Source: Chthonomonadales bacterium (GTDB lineage: Bacteria; Armatimonadota; Chthonomonadetes; Chthonomonadales; CAJBBX01). From it: 64,000 bases of DNA. Each line of letters opens with the position of its first letter. The first letter of the stretch is position 1. The stretch covers positions 1-64,000 of the forward strand of contig JBBIPC010000005.1 of the NCBI GenBank assembly GCA_037443035.1. The letters are read 5' to 3'. Below are positions 8,259 through 18,260 of this stretch, in pieces. The notes under the pieces are model-generated. The model saw only the letters and a program-made list of their open reading frames with translations, was not told the origin of the DNA and did not search any database. Both the position numbers and the translations under genes were made by a program.

Positions 8259-9565
8259 TCCGCATACGCCCGTCGGCAATGGGCATGCCGGCGGTTCTTC
8301 TGGCGCTCTGCATCTTCTTCACGTGGGCGACCTACGAAAGCGAGGCGCCGTCGGGATGGGATGGTGGTGTGGCTGCCGCTGACCTGCTGCTGCGACGGAA
8401 TGCCAGGCCGACGCGTGTCCTGTTGGTGACAGGTAGCGACCCCCAGGGCGCCGAGTTCGCTCGCGGCGTGCGGCAACGCCTGCCGAGTAGCTGCGTAATC
8501 ATCACAGCAGGCGGCGGTCCTCCAGACGTGAGAGCGACGCTGAGCCGCCTGAACGCACAGTCGAAGGCACCCCACGTAGTCTTGGCGACACCGGACACGG
8601 GCCGATGGGCGCTTTGGCGCACGGTCCGTCAGACAGAACCGGGACTAGGTGACTTGCAGGTGATCGTTCCGCGGCCGGAGGGGCGTTCCGCGTTTCTGTC
8701 GCCCACGAACCTCCGCAACGTGGCCGATCAGATCGCCGTCATCGCGATTATCGCCGTCGGCATGACCATGGTCATCATCACGGGCGGCATTGACCTCTCG
8801 GTGGGCAGCCTCGTCGCGTTTTCCGCGGTGGTCACGGCCTGGTTCATCCGAGCGCTCGGGGGAGTGCACGCCGGCCCTTGGGCGCTTGTCATGGCTTCTC
8901 TGGGCTCCATCGTCCTGTCTGGCGCTGTCGGGCTCGTCTCGGGCGCCTTCATTACGGCGTTCCGGATACCTCCCTTCATCGCCACCCTCGCCATGATGCA
9001 AGTGGCCAGCGGTCTGGCGTTCATCGTGGCGCAGGGGCAGACTATCTACGATATCCCCCAGTCGTTCACGGCCCTGGGCCGCGGGAACGCCATCGCCTCG
9101 TTACCGAACGCTGTCGTGCTCATGCTCGTCATCTACGCCGCGGCCCACGTTTTCATGACGCGTACGGCGATGGGGCGTCGCATCTACGCAGTCGGAGGCA
9201 ACTCCGAAGCAGCCCGCCTCTCGGGAGTCAGCAACTCGCGAACGCTCCTCTTCGTCTACATCGTCTCCGGGTTGACTGCCGGAATCGGCGGCGTCATCAC
9301 CGCCTCTCAGCTCAAAGCAGGGGCGCCTACGTACGGTGTCATGTACGAGCTGTTCGTGATTGCCGCCGTGGTTGTCGGGGGCTCGAGCCTCTCAGGAGGC
9401 CAGGGGCAAGTCTTCGGCACATTGGTCGGCGCATTCATCATCGCCGTGATCCGCAACGGCATGAACCTGATGAACGTGGAGCCGTATACTCAGAAGATCG
9501 TCCTGGGCCTGGTTATCCTGGGGGCTGTTCTCCTGGATATGCTCAGGAAGCGGAAAACAGGCTGA
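8255..9565 (+). CDS. Sugar ABC transporter permease (RbsC-like) with an extra soluble domain after TM1
   Basis: GGIDLSVGS, IPPFIATL, GRRIYAVGGNSEAARLSG and IAAVVVGGSSLSGG motifs; GTGA overlap with the upstream gene. Confidence 0.9.
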   Translation: MIRIRPSAMGMPAVLLALCIFFTWATYESEAPSGWDGGVAAADLLLRRNARPTRVLLVTGSDPQGAEFARGVRQRLPSSCVIITAGGGPPDVRATLSRLNAQSKAPHVVLATPDTGRWALWRTVRQTEPGLGDLQVIVPRPEGRSAFLSPTNLRNVADQIAVIAIIAVGMTMVIITGGIDLSVGSLVAFSAVVTAWFIRALGGVHAGPWALVMASLGSIVLSGAVGLVSGAFITAFRIPPFIATLAMMQVASGLAFIVAQGQTIYDIPQSFTALGRGNAIASLPNAVVLMLVIYAAAHVFMTRTAMGRRIYAVGGNSEAARLSGVSNSRTLLFVYIVSGLTAGIGGVITASQLKAGAPTYGVMYELFVIAAVVVGGSSLSGGQGQVFGTLVGAFIIAVIRNGMNLMNVEPYTQKIVLGLVILGAVLLDMLRKRKTG

Positions 9566-9596
9566 CACTTCCCTATCCGGAGTCCTGCTCGAGCAC

Positions 9597-10322
9597 CTAC
9601 CGCGTCGACTTACGCAACCGTTCCGCTTTCAACGATAGCTGCATGAACGCTTGCTGGAGGAGCATGCACCGCTTCCGCAACTCGGGCTTGCTCAGCCGTT
9701 CCTCCCACGCCTTTGGATTTCTTCGCGCCATCTCCTGGTGCTGATAACCGGCCACCGAGAAAACGGTCGTACCACACACGACGAGTTCCATGGCCGGATC
9801 CGCCTGGCCACTGGCCTTGTCTCCATGGGGTGCCCTCTCGGGCATCGTGCGCCAGACTAGCACTGTTCTGACAGGTGGGGTGGTGGAGAGGTACCGAGTC
9901 CAAGGCCGGTACGTGGTGGTCCGCCCCTGCAGGTCCACGGCGCGAGCGACTACGACTCCATTACAGCCGGACACGTACACAGCCAGCCAGCCGTCCCGGG
10001 ACCGTACGTCGGGAAAACGCATCACCCAGTAGCGGATCTCGGTAGCGCCGCGAAAGTAGCGCGCCATCTCAGCCGCTGTCGCACCCGTAGACTGCTCTAC
10101 AGTGAAGCGGAAATCATTGACGCCACGGCGTGCCACCCTAAGATCGTGCAGGACCTGGATGGCTATAGCCCGATACTCCGGCATCGGTCCCGGCGTCCGC
10201 CTGCCTTGGAGCGTCTCTTGGGCGCCGCACAAACCGGCCAGCGCTACGCTCATACAGACAGCGCCAACCCAGAGAACCGACCGGCTCTGGCCAATGACTG
10301 TTGGAGCCAGTGGTACCTGCAT
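9597..10322 (-). CDS. Hypothetical, probably exported protein
   Basis: Fills the gap directly downstream of UPF0182 on the same strand; hydrophobic N-terminal segment; start uncertain. Confidence 0.5.
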   Translation of the reverse strand: MQVPLAPTVIGQSRSVLWVGAVCMSVALAGLCGAQETLQGRRTPGPMPEYRAIAIQVLHDLRVARRGVNDFRFTVEQSTGATAAEMARYFRGATEIRYWVMRFPDVRSRDGWLAVYVSGCNGVVVARAVDLQGRTTTYRPWTRYLSTTPPVRTVLVWRTMPERAPHGDKASGQADPAMELVVCGTTVFSVAGYQHQEMARRNPKAWEERLSKPELRKRCMLLQQAFMQLSLKAERLRKSTR

Positions 10323-10327
10323 ATTGA

Positions 10328-13186
10328 CTACCTTGGCGTTCTGGATCTCTGCAGCTCGTCCAATGCTTTACTCAGCTCTTCCAGTGCCGCTTCGTACTCG
10401 CGCTGCTGTTGTCGAGCGCGCTCCAGGGCCTGTCGTGCACGTGTCAGGGCGTCGGTCGGTACCCCCGACTGGGTCGGACGTGGGGCTGCGACCGTAGCCC
10501 GCGGCGTCGACTCATCACGGCCCTGCGTACTGCCTCGCGGAGCATTCTCCGGGCCACCAAGTGCCACCACAGCCTCTTCGAGCGTCGGTCTCATGACAAT
10601 CCGGTCGCCTGTGGCAAGCACTACCTGGCTGATTTCCGGTATGGTGGCCGCGCCGGTTCCTGCAGCTTGAACGTAGAGGGGCAGAGCGTAGAGAATCCCC
10701 TGTCCAACCGGAATGGCCAGCAGATTGCCCCAGATAACGCGCGAGCCCCTCTGGCCCAGCAGCGTCACGATCTTGGAGATCTCCTCCTGCGAGTTGATCT
10801 GCGCCATGATCTGCTGGGGACCGTTGACATTCGTCCCCTTTGGGTACTTGTACACAAAGAGCTCACCGTAGTCCTGCGGATCGCACTTGGCGCACATCCA
10901 GCCCGACATGTTCTGCGTCCGCAGCGGTGTGAAGGGAGTCATGAGGATAAACTCCGTTCTATCCGAGCCGGGGAGCCGCATATTCACGTAGTAGGGTGTC
11001 ATGCGTCCCGGCCCTGCCACGCCATCCTCACCCGTCGCGCCTGGGTCTCGGGGCACTTCCCACTGATCCTCTTTGCCGTAGTACGTCCGGGCATCTGTCA
11101 TGTGGTAGATCGTGTAGATGTCCCGCTGGATGCGGAACAGGTCCTCCGGGTATCGCAGATGGGAGCGCAGGCTGGCTGGCATCTTCTCCAGGGGCGTGAA
11201 CAGGCTCGGGAACGCGTGCGACCATAGCTTGAGGACGGGGTCCGAGGGGTCCGCCGCGTAGAAAGTTACCGTACCATCATAGGCATCCACGACGGCCTTG
11301 ACGGAGTTCCGGATGTAGTTGAAGCTCTGCACCGCGGCGTACTCGCCCATGCCAACCTCTGCCTGTCGCGAGTATGGATAGCGATCCGTGACGGTGTATC
11401 CGTCCATGATCCAGACAAGGCGGCCGTCGTGGAGGACGATGTAGGGGTCATTGTCCCAGTTGAGGAACGGCGCCAGGGTCTGCACGCGCTCCCGGATGTT
11501 ACGCCGGAACATGATCCGGCTTTCGGATGTGAGATCGCTGGATAGGAGCAGATTGGCGTCGCCCAGGCGGACAGACCAGACGAACCTGCTGAATCTACCG
11601 CCAATGCGCGTACCACCTCGGCCGTTGTACCGCGTAAGCTTGTTCCCCTCGGGGCTGGGATAGTCCAGTTCGTCCTGTCGGCTGGCAACGATGACGTATT
11701 CCCGGGCAAGCTCGCCATAGTAGATCTGGGGGCGCTCGACCTCGAGCTCCGGTCGCGTGGAGACCACTGGTAGCTGACCGAGATAGTATTCCGGCAACCC
11801 CTCAGGATCCACACGGTTCACGGGGCTCATCACTAGCCCGTAACCGTGCGTGTATTGCAGGCGCAAGTTCACCCATGTGCGTGCTTGTTGAGGAAGCCCT
11901 TCCGAGTACAGCTCTCGAGGGGCCACCATGACCTGTCTGGCAACGCCTTCGATGGGATAGCGGTCCACATCAATGTTGAAGTCCGCTGTCGTGAAGCTTG
12001 CGAACTCGGGCAGGCGGAAGCGGTAGTAGGTTTTCAGCGCCTGTTTGGCCTCGAAGACCGCTCCCAACTGGGGCCAATCCCAGAGGCGAATGTTCTCGAT
12101 GGTCTCCCGGTCCTCCGCCATGTCACGTGCAGACACGATCTCCACAGCGGGGATGGACTTCTCCTTCACCGTCTCGAGATTGTATGCTTTCCTCGTGAAA
12201 GCGATGTCCCGCTCGATAAAGGGCTTCTCTGCCGTGAACTGATTTGGCACTACGCGCAAGCGTTGCACGAGGCCTGGCCACACGCCCACCATCACGAGCG
12301 AACCGACGCCCCATAGCACAAGCCCGTAGACCGGCAGGGCGAATGCCCGTCCCCGCGTGGTGTTGATAGCGCAGAAGACCGCGACCAGGAGCATCAGCAC
12401 CGTCTGAACGACCTGCCCTGGGATACGAGCGTGCACATCCGTGTAACCTGCACCGACGAACGCCCCGTTGTTGCTCCAGAGCACGTCATACCGAGCGAGC
12501 CAGTGTCCCCATGCCCATACGGTGAAGAAGAGAGCACCGAGCCACAGTAGGTGTTTGCGAACGCCCTGCGGTACTCGGGCTAGCGATCCACCCACGAAAT
12601 CTGCGGCGCGCTCGCCATAGTGAATGATCGCGGCGCCGATGGTGGCCGCTCCTAGGGTGAACAGCAGAAGACTCTGCAGATACCCCAGGAACGGCAAGCG
12701 GAACACGTAGAACCCCACGTCCAGGCCGAAAACGGGTTCCCGTACGCCGAACCGTTGCGCGTGAATGAACTGGATGTACTCCGGCCAATGTGTCGACGCG
12801 TTTCCTCCGACGAGAAACGCCACGAAAATGGCCCCACCGACGCCCAGCCACCGGGCGGCACTCCTAGCGACCTGCGCATAGATCTCTCGTTCGGGGTCCA
12901 TGAACCGTGGCCGTGCAGCGCTGGCGTTGATGCGGCTGGCGAGCCACACGTTGAAGTAGAAAACAAGGAAGAAAAGCAGACCGAACCCGAAGAAGAGAAT
13001 GAGCCGCGTCCCGAGAATCGTCGAGAACACGGCGCGGCGATTCAGTTCGCCGAACCACGCCCAGTCCGTGTAGAGGCGTGCGAGCTGGTACCCGAACAGG
13101 ATGAGGATCGCTACCGCGATGAGGAACGCGATGCGCAGTGTCCGCAGCCATGCAGGCGTGCGCCGTCGTCGGCCTTCTATTTCCAT
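10328..13186 (-). CDS. UPF0182 family membrane protein
   Basis: 952 aa; YTDWAWF, GAGYTDVHA, NIRLWD, YTHGYG, NYIRNSVKAVVDAYDG and HLRYPEDLF motifs. Confidence 0.92.
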   Translation of the reverse strand: MEIEGRRRRTPAWLRTLRIAFLIAVAILILFGYQLARLYTDWAWFGELNRRAVFSTILGTRLILFFGFGLLFFLVFYFNVWLASRINASAARPRFMDPEREIYAQVARSAARWLGVGGAIFVAFLVGGNASTHWPEYIQFIHAQRFGVREPVFGLDVGFYVFRLPFLGYLQSLLLFTLGAATIGAAIIHYGERAADFVGGSLARVPQGVRKHLLWLGALFFTVWAWGHWLARYDVLWSNNGAFVGAGYTDVHARIPGQVVQTVLMLLVAVFCAINTTRGRAFALPVYGLVLWGVGSLVMVGVWPGLVQRLRVVPNQFTAEKPFIERDIAFTRKAYNLETVKEKSIPAVEIVSARDMAEDRETIENIRLWDWPQLGAVFEAKQALKTYYRFRLPEFASFTTADFNIDVDRYPIEGVARQVMVAPRELYSEGLPQQARTWVNLRLQYTHGYGLVMSPVNRVDPEGLPEYYLGQLPVVSTRPELEVERPQIYYGELAREYVIVASRQDELDYPSPEGNKLTRYNGRGGTRIGGRFSRFVWSVRLGDANLLLSSDLTSESRIMFRRNIRERVQTLAPFLNWDNDPYIVLHDGRLVWIMDGYTVTDRYPYSRQAEVGMGEYAAVQSFNYIRNSVKAVVDAYDGTVTFYAADPSDPVLKLWSHAFPSLFTPLEKMPASLRSHLRYPEDLFRIQRDIYTIYHMTDARTYYGKEDQWEVPRDPGATGEDGVAGPGRMTPYYVNMRLPGSDRTEFILMTPFTPLRTQNMSGWMCAKCDPQDYGELFVYKYPKGTNVNGPQQIMAQINSQEEISKIVTLLGQRGSRVIWGNLLAIPVGQGILYALPLYVQAAGTGAATIPEISQVVLATGDRIVMRPTLEEAVVALGGPENAPRGSTQGRDESTPRATVAAPRPTQSGVPTDALTRARQALERARQQQREYEAALEELSKALDELQRSRTPR

Positions 13187-13345
13187 GCTGTCCTCCGTCT
13201 ACCCCTCATGGTAGCGCATACTGGCCCTGCGCGCTAGCACGCTTCGTGTCGTTACGATTACGGACAGGCACGCCTCTACGTTTTCGGCCGCGAAACGGGT
13301 TCGAGCCGCAACTCCTGGCCCCGACCGCTGAAGACGGGAGGTAGT

Positions 13346-14188
13346 CTACTCGTGGGCAGGTTGTGCTACGTGACTAGGTGGTTGCACCATCTCCACCACA
13401 CGATGCCCATCGCGATCCACCCATACACCGCAGGGACCACCACCTTCGCTTACATCTAGAGTTACGGTGCTGCCATCCATGCGGAGGACAGGATGGTAGA
13501 ACTGCGCGACGGCACGGGCGTCGCCAACCGCGTAATGTCCGATCAACGCCCGTCGGAAGCGGTCCCGGCTCCGGTTCGGGTAGCTGCCATGGATGAGGGA
13601 GCCATTGAAGAAGAGCACGTCTCCCGGTTCCATCACCACGGGGACAATGGGCATGTCCTCCGGCACAGGCACGGTGACGTCCGTGAAGCTCTGGGAGGTA
13701 TCCGCTGGCACGCTGCAGAGGACAGGCAGATCCTGCGTGCCGGGCGCTACCATGAGGCAGCCGTTCTCCTCATCGCACGGATCGAGCGCCATCCAGGCCG
13801 CCATGCAAGTGCCCGGCTGCACGCGCAGGTAGAACTGGTCTTGGTGCAGAGCTTGTCCGCGAGCGCCTGGTGGCTTGAAATAGAGCATCGTCTGCACTGC
13901 GTAGGGCGACCGCCCGAGCAAAGCAGTCATGCAGGCGTCCAAGCGTGGCTCGATGAGCCAACGCAGGCTCACCTCGTCCCAGCGGTGCATATGGATCATG
14001 CGAGGGTAGCGCTTGAGCGGGTCCGTTGATGTCGCGTCTACTCCGGAGAAATCCCCGGGGTAGCTCCCGCTCTCGCGCATGTGCATGTAGTGATCCCGAT
14101 AGCTGGCAGCCTCTTCGGCAGTGAAGAGGCCGCGCGCTACAACGTATCCTGTGCGGTTGTACTCCTCGATCTGTTCTCGTGCCAGCAT
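13346..14188 (-). CDS. Phytanoyl-CoA dioxygenase (PhyH) family Fe(II)/2-oxoglutarate dioxygenase
   Basis: HQD...HGS facial triad; ENGCL and GDVLFF motifs; NRS..FRR. Confidence 0.9.
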   Translation of the reverse strand: MLAREQIEEYNRTGYVVARGLFTAEEAASYRDHYMHMRESGSYPGDFSGVDATSTDPLKRYPRMIHMHRWDEVSLRWLIEPRLDACMTALLGRSPYAVQTMLYFKPPGARGQALHQDQFYLRVQPGTCMAAWMALDPCDEENGCLMVAPGTQDLPVLCSVPADTSQSFTDVTVPVPEDMPIVPVVMEPGDVLFFNGSLIHGSYPNRSRDRFRRALIGHYAVGDARAVAQFYHPVLRMDGSTVTLDVSEGGGPCGVWVDRDGHRVVEMVQPPSHVAQPAHE

Positions 14189-14260
14189 CCGCCATGCTCC
14201 TTCGACAGGTTGGTAAGGCTATACGCTGGCATACGAACGAAACGAGGACTCGGTCTCCCT

Positions 14261-15862
14261 CTAAGATTCCGGGCCTCTCGAGCGCCGGATGACCACCATG
14301 GCACGAGCTGGCAGTGTTATCCGGAACGAAGGCCCATCGCTCAGACTCGCATTGGCAGCCGCCGGCAGACGCAGAACGATAGCAGCCGCCTTCCAGCCTT
14401 TCATCTCCAGGGTGCAGTTCGTGGGTTCATCGCGGTAGCTCTGCAGGATGGCGACGTCGTTGCCAAAGAGGAACAGGCTTACTCCGTAAGGCGCGTGGAA
14501 GCGCACACCCAGAGAGGCCGTAGCCCGATCCCGCAAGGCGTCCAGCTCTGACTGCGGAAGAGAAGCTAGCGGCTTGTGGATATTGGGGTCGGTGCTGGTG
14601 GGGATCACCACTGCTCGGTCCGTCCTCAGGATCTCGGCCAGCGCCTGGGACACCACCACGGAGCGACCCGAGGCAAGCGCTGCCTTCCAGCACGCAGCCC
14701 AGTTCGGATCGGCCCGGACCTGCTCCGCGAAGACGAACCCCGGGGCGCCAGCATCGAACTCGTGCGCCGCGGTTACAGGAAAGCCCGCCATACCGAGCAG
14801 GCTGTGGAGATTGCGATCAGCGCCAGGCGGACTGTTGGCCGGCTTCCATCCGAGCAAGCCCCGCGGTTTCTTGTTCGCGATAAGGCGAGCGAGCTCCAAG
14901 TGAAGCGGTAGCTCCTCGAGCCACGCGGCTACATCCCGCTGACCCAGTCGGTCCTGCACCAGCGCGCCGTAGTTGAAAAGGAGCGCCTCACGCGCGCCTC
15001 CGAGGATGGTCAACCGCGCCTGTTCGAGATAGTAGACAGGGGTCGTGCCGATCCAGTCATACCAGCCGCCACCGCACTTGGAGCCACCGATCCCCCCGAG
15101 CCACCGCATGAGCCAATAGGCACGATACTGGGGCTCGGCAACCCATCCCGATCCAGGCACTCCGCCTCGCGTCTCCGTGCCGACCCAGATCTTGTGGAAC
15201 TCGGCGGTCTGACGTGCAACATCATAACCACGCTCCTGAAAGTCCTCGTGCCAGCATGGGTACTTGATGATCACGCGGCACTTCGGGTTCACTGCTCGGA
15301 CGGCCCCGAGAATCTCCTTGCGGCTCACATCCAGCATCAGCGCTCGACGATAGTCACTCCAAGTGCGGTTTCCACGCGCACGCACGCATTCGGCGCACTG
15401 ACAATCGGTGAACAAGAAATCATCTATCATGATCTCGTCGAACAGAGAAGCAGCGCGCCGGAAGATCCGCTCGACCTCCTTCTGCGTCGGCTCATCCGTG
15501 TAACAGGAAATTGCGCGCCAGCCGGTGCTCTGCTTGCCGATCTGCGTCGGCGTGATACACCCGCTGACCAGGAAACCTGCCGCTCTGAACGCATCCCGAG
15601 CACGCTTCAGATTCTCGTCGGGCGGCTCCACCTTGTCTCGATAGGACTCGATGTAGACATGGGTGATCCCGTGCTCTTTGCACCATCGGATCGCCTGTTG
15701 GACACCGGCGTCGTCCCGGAAAAGCCTGGCGACCTGACTGGCGTCCATGAGGGTCGAGACCCTGTACGTCTTCGCGTGCCGCTGGGCCAACGCCCACACA
15801 TCCTCGGCACCCTGCGGCGCCGGCTGAGGCACCATCGCACTGAGAAGCACGCAGGCCAGCAT
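14261..15862 (-). CDS. Secreted conserved hypothetical protein, possibly a glycoside hydrolase-like TIM barrel
   Basis: 533 aa; signal-like N-terminus; FDEIMIDDFLFTDCQCAEC and IIKYPCW..GYD, WVGTETR motifs. Confidence 0.65.
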   Translation of the reverse strand: MLACVLLSAMVPQPAPQGAEDVWALAQRHAKTYRVSTLMDASQVARLFRDDAGVQQAIRWCKEHGITHVYIESYRDKVEPPDENLKRARDAFRAAGFLVSGCITPTQIGKQSTGWRAISCYTDEPTQKEVERIFRRAASLFDEIMIDDFLFTDCQCAECVRARGNRTWSDYRRALMLDVSRKEILGAVRAVNPKCRVIIKYPCWHEDFQERGYDVARQTAEFHKIWVGTETRGGVPGSGWVAEPQYRAYWLMRWLGGIGGSKCGGGWYDWIGTTPVYYLEQARLTILGGAREALLFNYGALVQDRLGQRDVAAWLEELPLHLELARLIANKKPRGLLGWKPANSPPGADRNLHSLLGMAGFPVTAAHEFDAGAPGFVFAEQVRADPNWAACWKAALASGRSVVVSQALAEILRTDRAVVIPTSTDPNIHKPLASLPQSELDALRDRATASLGVRFHAPYGVSLFLFGNDVAILQSYRDEPTNCTLEMKGWKAAAIVLRLPAAANASLSDGPSFRITLPARAMVVIRRSRGPES

Positions 15863-15874
15863 GCCATCACCTCC

Positions 15875-16933
15875 TTATTCGTAACTGCCCAACTCCTTGG
15901 CTAGGTTGACGATGCGTCGGAAGTCTTCCAGGCCGACGCTGGATGGGACGGAATGGTCCGACGAAAAGATGTAGCCGCCGTTCTGCTTGAGGGCGGGGAT
16001 CACGCGGCGCATCTCCGCCTCGATCTCCGCGGGCTTGTCCCACAGCACTGCGTTGATGCCGCCATGGAGCAAGAGACGATCGCCGTAATCCCGTTTCAGG
16101 GCCAGGGCATCGTTGCCTGCCTTGACCTCGAGAGGATTCAGCCCGTCCAGTCCGATCTCGACCAGCTCCGGCACGAAGCGCATGATGTTGCCACACGAAT
16201 GGAGGTGAGCCACGATGCCCTTCTGATGGGCCCACTCGATGGCGCGCTTCTGAGCAGGTTTCAGCAGCTCCCGGTAAGTCTTGACCGAGAAGAACTGCGT
16301 ACCCCGGTAGCCCATATCATCGCACCAGAAGACGGAGTCGAAGGTGTAACCCTCGTCCCAGATCATGTCCAGCAAGGCCAGGCTCACGTCGAGGCAGTGG
16401 TCGAACATGTCCTTGCACCATTCTGGCTGCTCGATCATGGCTTCCAGCAGAACCTCCATGTCCACGAACGAGTGGGTGGCGTCGAATCCGAACCACAGGT
16501 GCCCCTGAATCCAGTACCCCTCTCTGCGCCAGATGGGATAGTTCTGGCGAATGTGGTCCCAGTTGATTCGGTCGCGGCTCGGGAACATGCGTTCCTTGGC
16601 TTCCTGCCATGTAGCCGGGTCCTTGATGCGGAAATCGAGATACTCCGGTACCGACGTGGTCTTCAGGTTCTTCAGGGTGACGCCCCACGAGGTAAGGTCA
16701 ATGACATACTGGTCCGTCTCCTCGAGGCGCTTTCCCTCCCAGCGCGGACCGTTGTCTCCTCCCATGCCGGCAACCTTGTCCAGACCGAAGTAGTCCACGA
16801 AGCTGATGTTCTCTGGCATCCCTTCGCGTTGCCATCGGGCGATGGTATCGGCCCAAGGACTGTCAATGATAGGGATCCGGTCCGCCTCCTTGTGAGCGAA
16901 CATGCGGGAGAAACGTTCGTGCGAAGTCATCAT
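15875..16933 (-). CDS. Uroporphyrinogen decarboxylase/cobamide methyltransferase (URO-D) family protein
   Basis: MTSHERF....H.EADRIP start after GGAGG; DDMG, HSCG and GGYIFSSDHSVP motifs. Confidence 0.88.
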   Translation of the reverse strand: MMTSHERFSRMFAHKEADRIPIIDSPWADTIARWQREGMPENISFVDYFGLDKVAGMGGDNGPRWEGKRLEETDQYVIDLTSWGVTLKNLKTTSVPEYLDFRIKDPATWQEAKERMFPSRDRINWDHIRQNYPIWRREGYWIQGHLWFGFDATHSFVDMEVLLEAMIEQPEWCKDMFDHCLDVSLALLDMIWDEGYTFDSVFWCDDMGYRGTQFFSVKTYRELLKPAQKRAIEWAHQKGIVAHLHSCGNIMRFVPELVEIGLDGLNPLEVKAGNDALALKRDYGDRLLLHGGINAVLWDKPAEIEAEMRRVIPALKQNGGYIFSSDHSVPSSVGLEDFRRIVNLAKELGSYE

Positions 16934-17051
16934 GGCGCGCCTCCTTTGAAATGGCTCTTTCGCGCAGGAGAGCTTCGTTTCCTCCTGGACGGGGTGCTTG
17001 CCATGGCGCATCGCTACGAGTACACTGGATGGACTCAGTAAGGATGGAAGC

Positions 17052-18197
17052 ATGAGCGATCATATCGCAAGGGCCATAGCACTGGCGCCGGTCGCAGCAG
17101 TGCTATGCGTCTGCGCCACACCGTCACACGTCGCGGAGGTTCGGACCGTGAACCGTGCACCCACTTTCCGCGTGGAGAAGGTGGAGAATGGCGGTCTCTT
17201 GTTCACTGACAATCAGGCCGGCGTGAGCGGGGTGGACTGCGGTTATTCGCTGCCCATCGGAGGGCATACTCTCTGGTTCTTCGGCGATATCTTTCTGTTG
17301 CACCCGACCGATCCATCGGGACGGTACGTCGGAGGCGTGAGCAATGCCGCCCTCGTTGTGCCAGCCGGCGGGGTCGCGTCTCTCAGGAAGTACCACTTCC
17401 TGGCCGATCCGGTCACGGGTCTTGCGCGGCAGGTGATCCCCAACGCTCCAGGCGAGGGTACCGAGACGCGGATATGGCCGTTCGGCGGTTGGTACGATTC
17501 TGTCGCACGACGAGCCTATGTCTACTACGGTCGTGTGCGCACCACGGGCGGCGGAGGTCCCTTCGACTTCAGGGTGGAGGGGCACGGCCTGGCTGCGTCG
17601 GCGGTGTCCCGTATGGATGCCATACAGTTCGAACGCCTCCGCACGTCGGCGGGACGTGAGCTATGGTGGGAGCCGCCGGCGGATCTCTATGGCGCGGCTG
17701 TTGTCAGTGGCACGCCGGAAAGCGATCCGTACATCTACATCGTCGGAGTGCATGAGTCGAAAGGTGCGAAGACTGCCAGGCTGGCCAGGGTAAACAGATC
17801 CCGCATTGCCGACCTCAGCGCTTACGAGTACCTGTGTGCCCTGGGACGCCAGCCTCAGTGGTCTGCGCGGCCCGCCGACGCGGTGGACGTAGAAGGACTG
17901 CGCGACTTCCCAAGCGAGCTCTCCGTATCTCATAACCGGTTTATCGGCGGCTACCTGGCGGTCCACTCGGTGGGCATTACGGAAAGGATACGCCTGAGCG
18001 TAGCTCGTGAACCGTGGGGCCCCTACAGGCCGATAGCGGAGATCGGCGCACCCCATCGCGCCTTCGAGAGGGCCTTCTGCTACGCTGGCAAGGAGCATCA
18101 GGAACTCGCCGAACAGGGAGGCCGCGTGATCTACGTCACCTATGTGGACAGTCAGCGGTACTGGCTCCGGTTGCTGAAGGTGACTCTGGCACGGTGA
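17052..18197 (+). CDS. Secreted DUF4185-like protein
   Basis: Signal peptide; G.D.GYS....TLWFFGD, SELSV, PWGPY and YAGKEH motifs. Confidence 0.65.
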   Translation: MSDHIARAIALAPVAAVLCVCATPSHVAEVRTVNRAPTFRVEKVENGGLLFTDNQAGVSGVDCGYSLPIGGHTLWFFGDIFLLHPTDPSGRYVGGVSNAALVVPAGGVASLRKYHFLADPVTGLARQVIPNAPGEGTETRIWPFGGWYDSVARRAYVYYGRVRTTGGGGPFDFRVEGHGLAASAVSRMDAIQFERLRTSAGRELWWEPPADLYGAAVVSGTPESDPYIYIVGVHESKGAKTARLARVNRSRIADLSAYEYLCALGRQPQWSARPADAVDVEGLRDFPSELSVSHNRFIGGYLAVHSVGITERIRLSVAREPWGPYRPIAEIGAPHRAFERAFCYAGKEHQELAEQGGRVIYVTYVDSQRYWLRLLKVTLAR

Positions 18198-18260
18198 GTG
18201 GCACTTGCGCTGTGGATCCGGCAACGAAGCAGGGCAGCGATAGCACGGGGAGGTCGGTAC

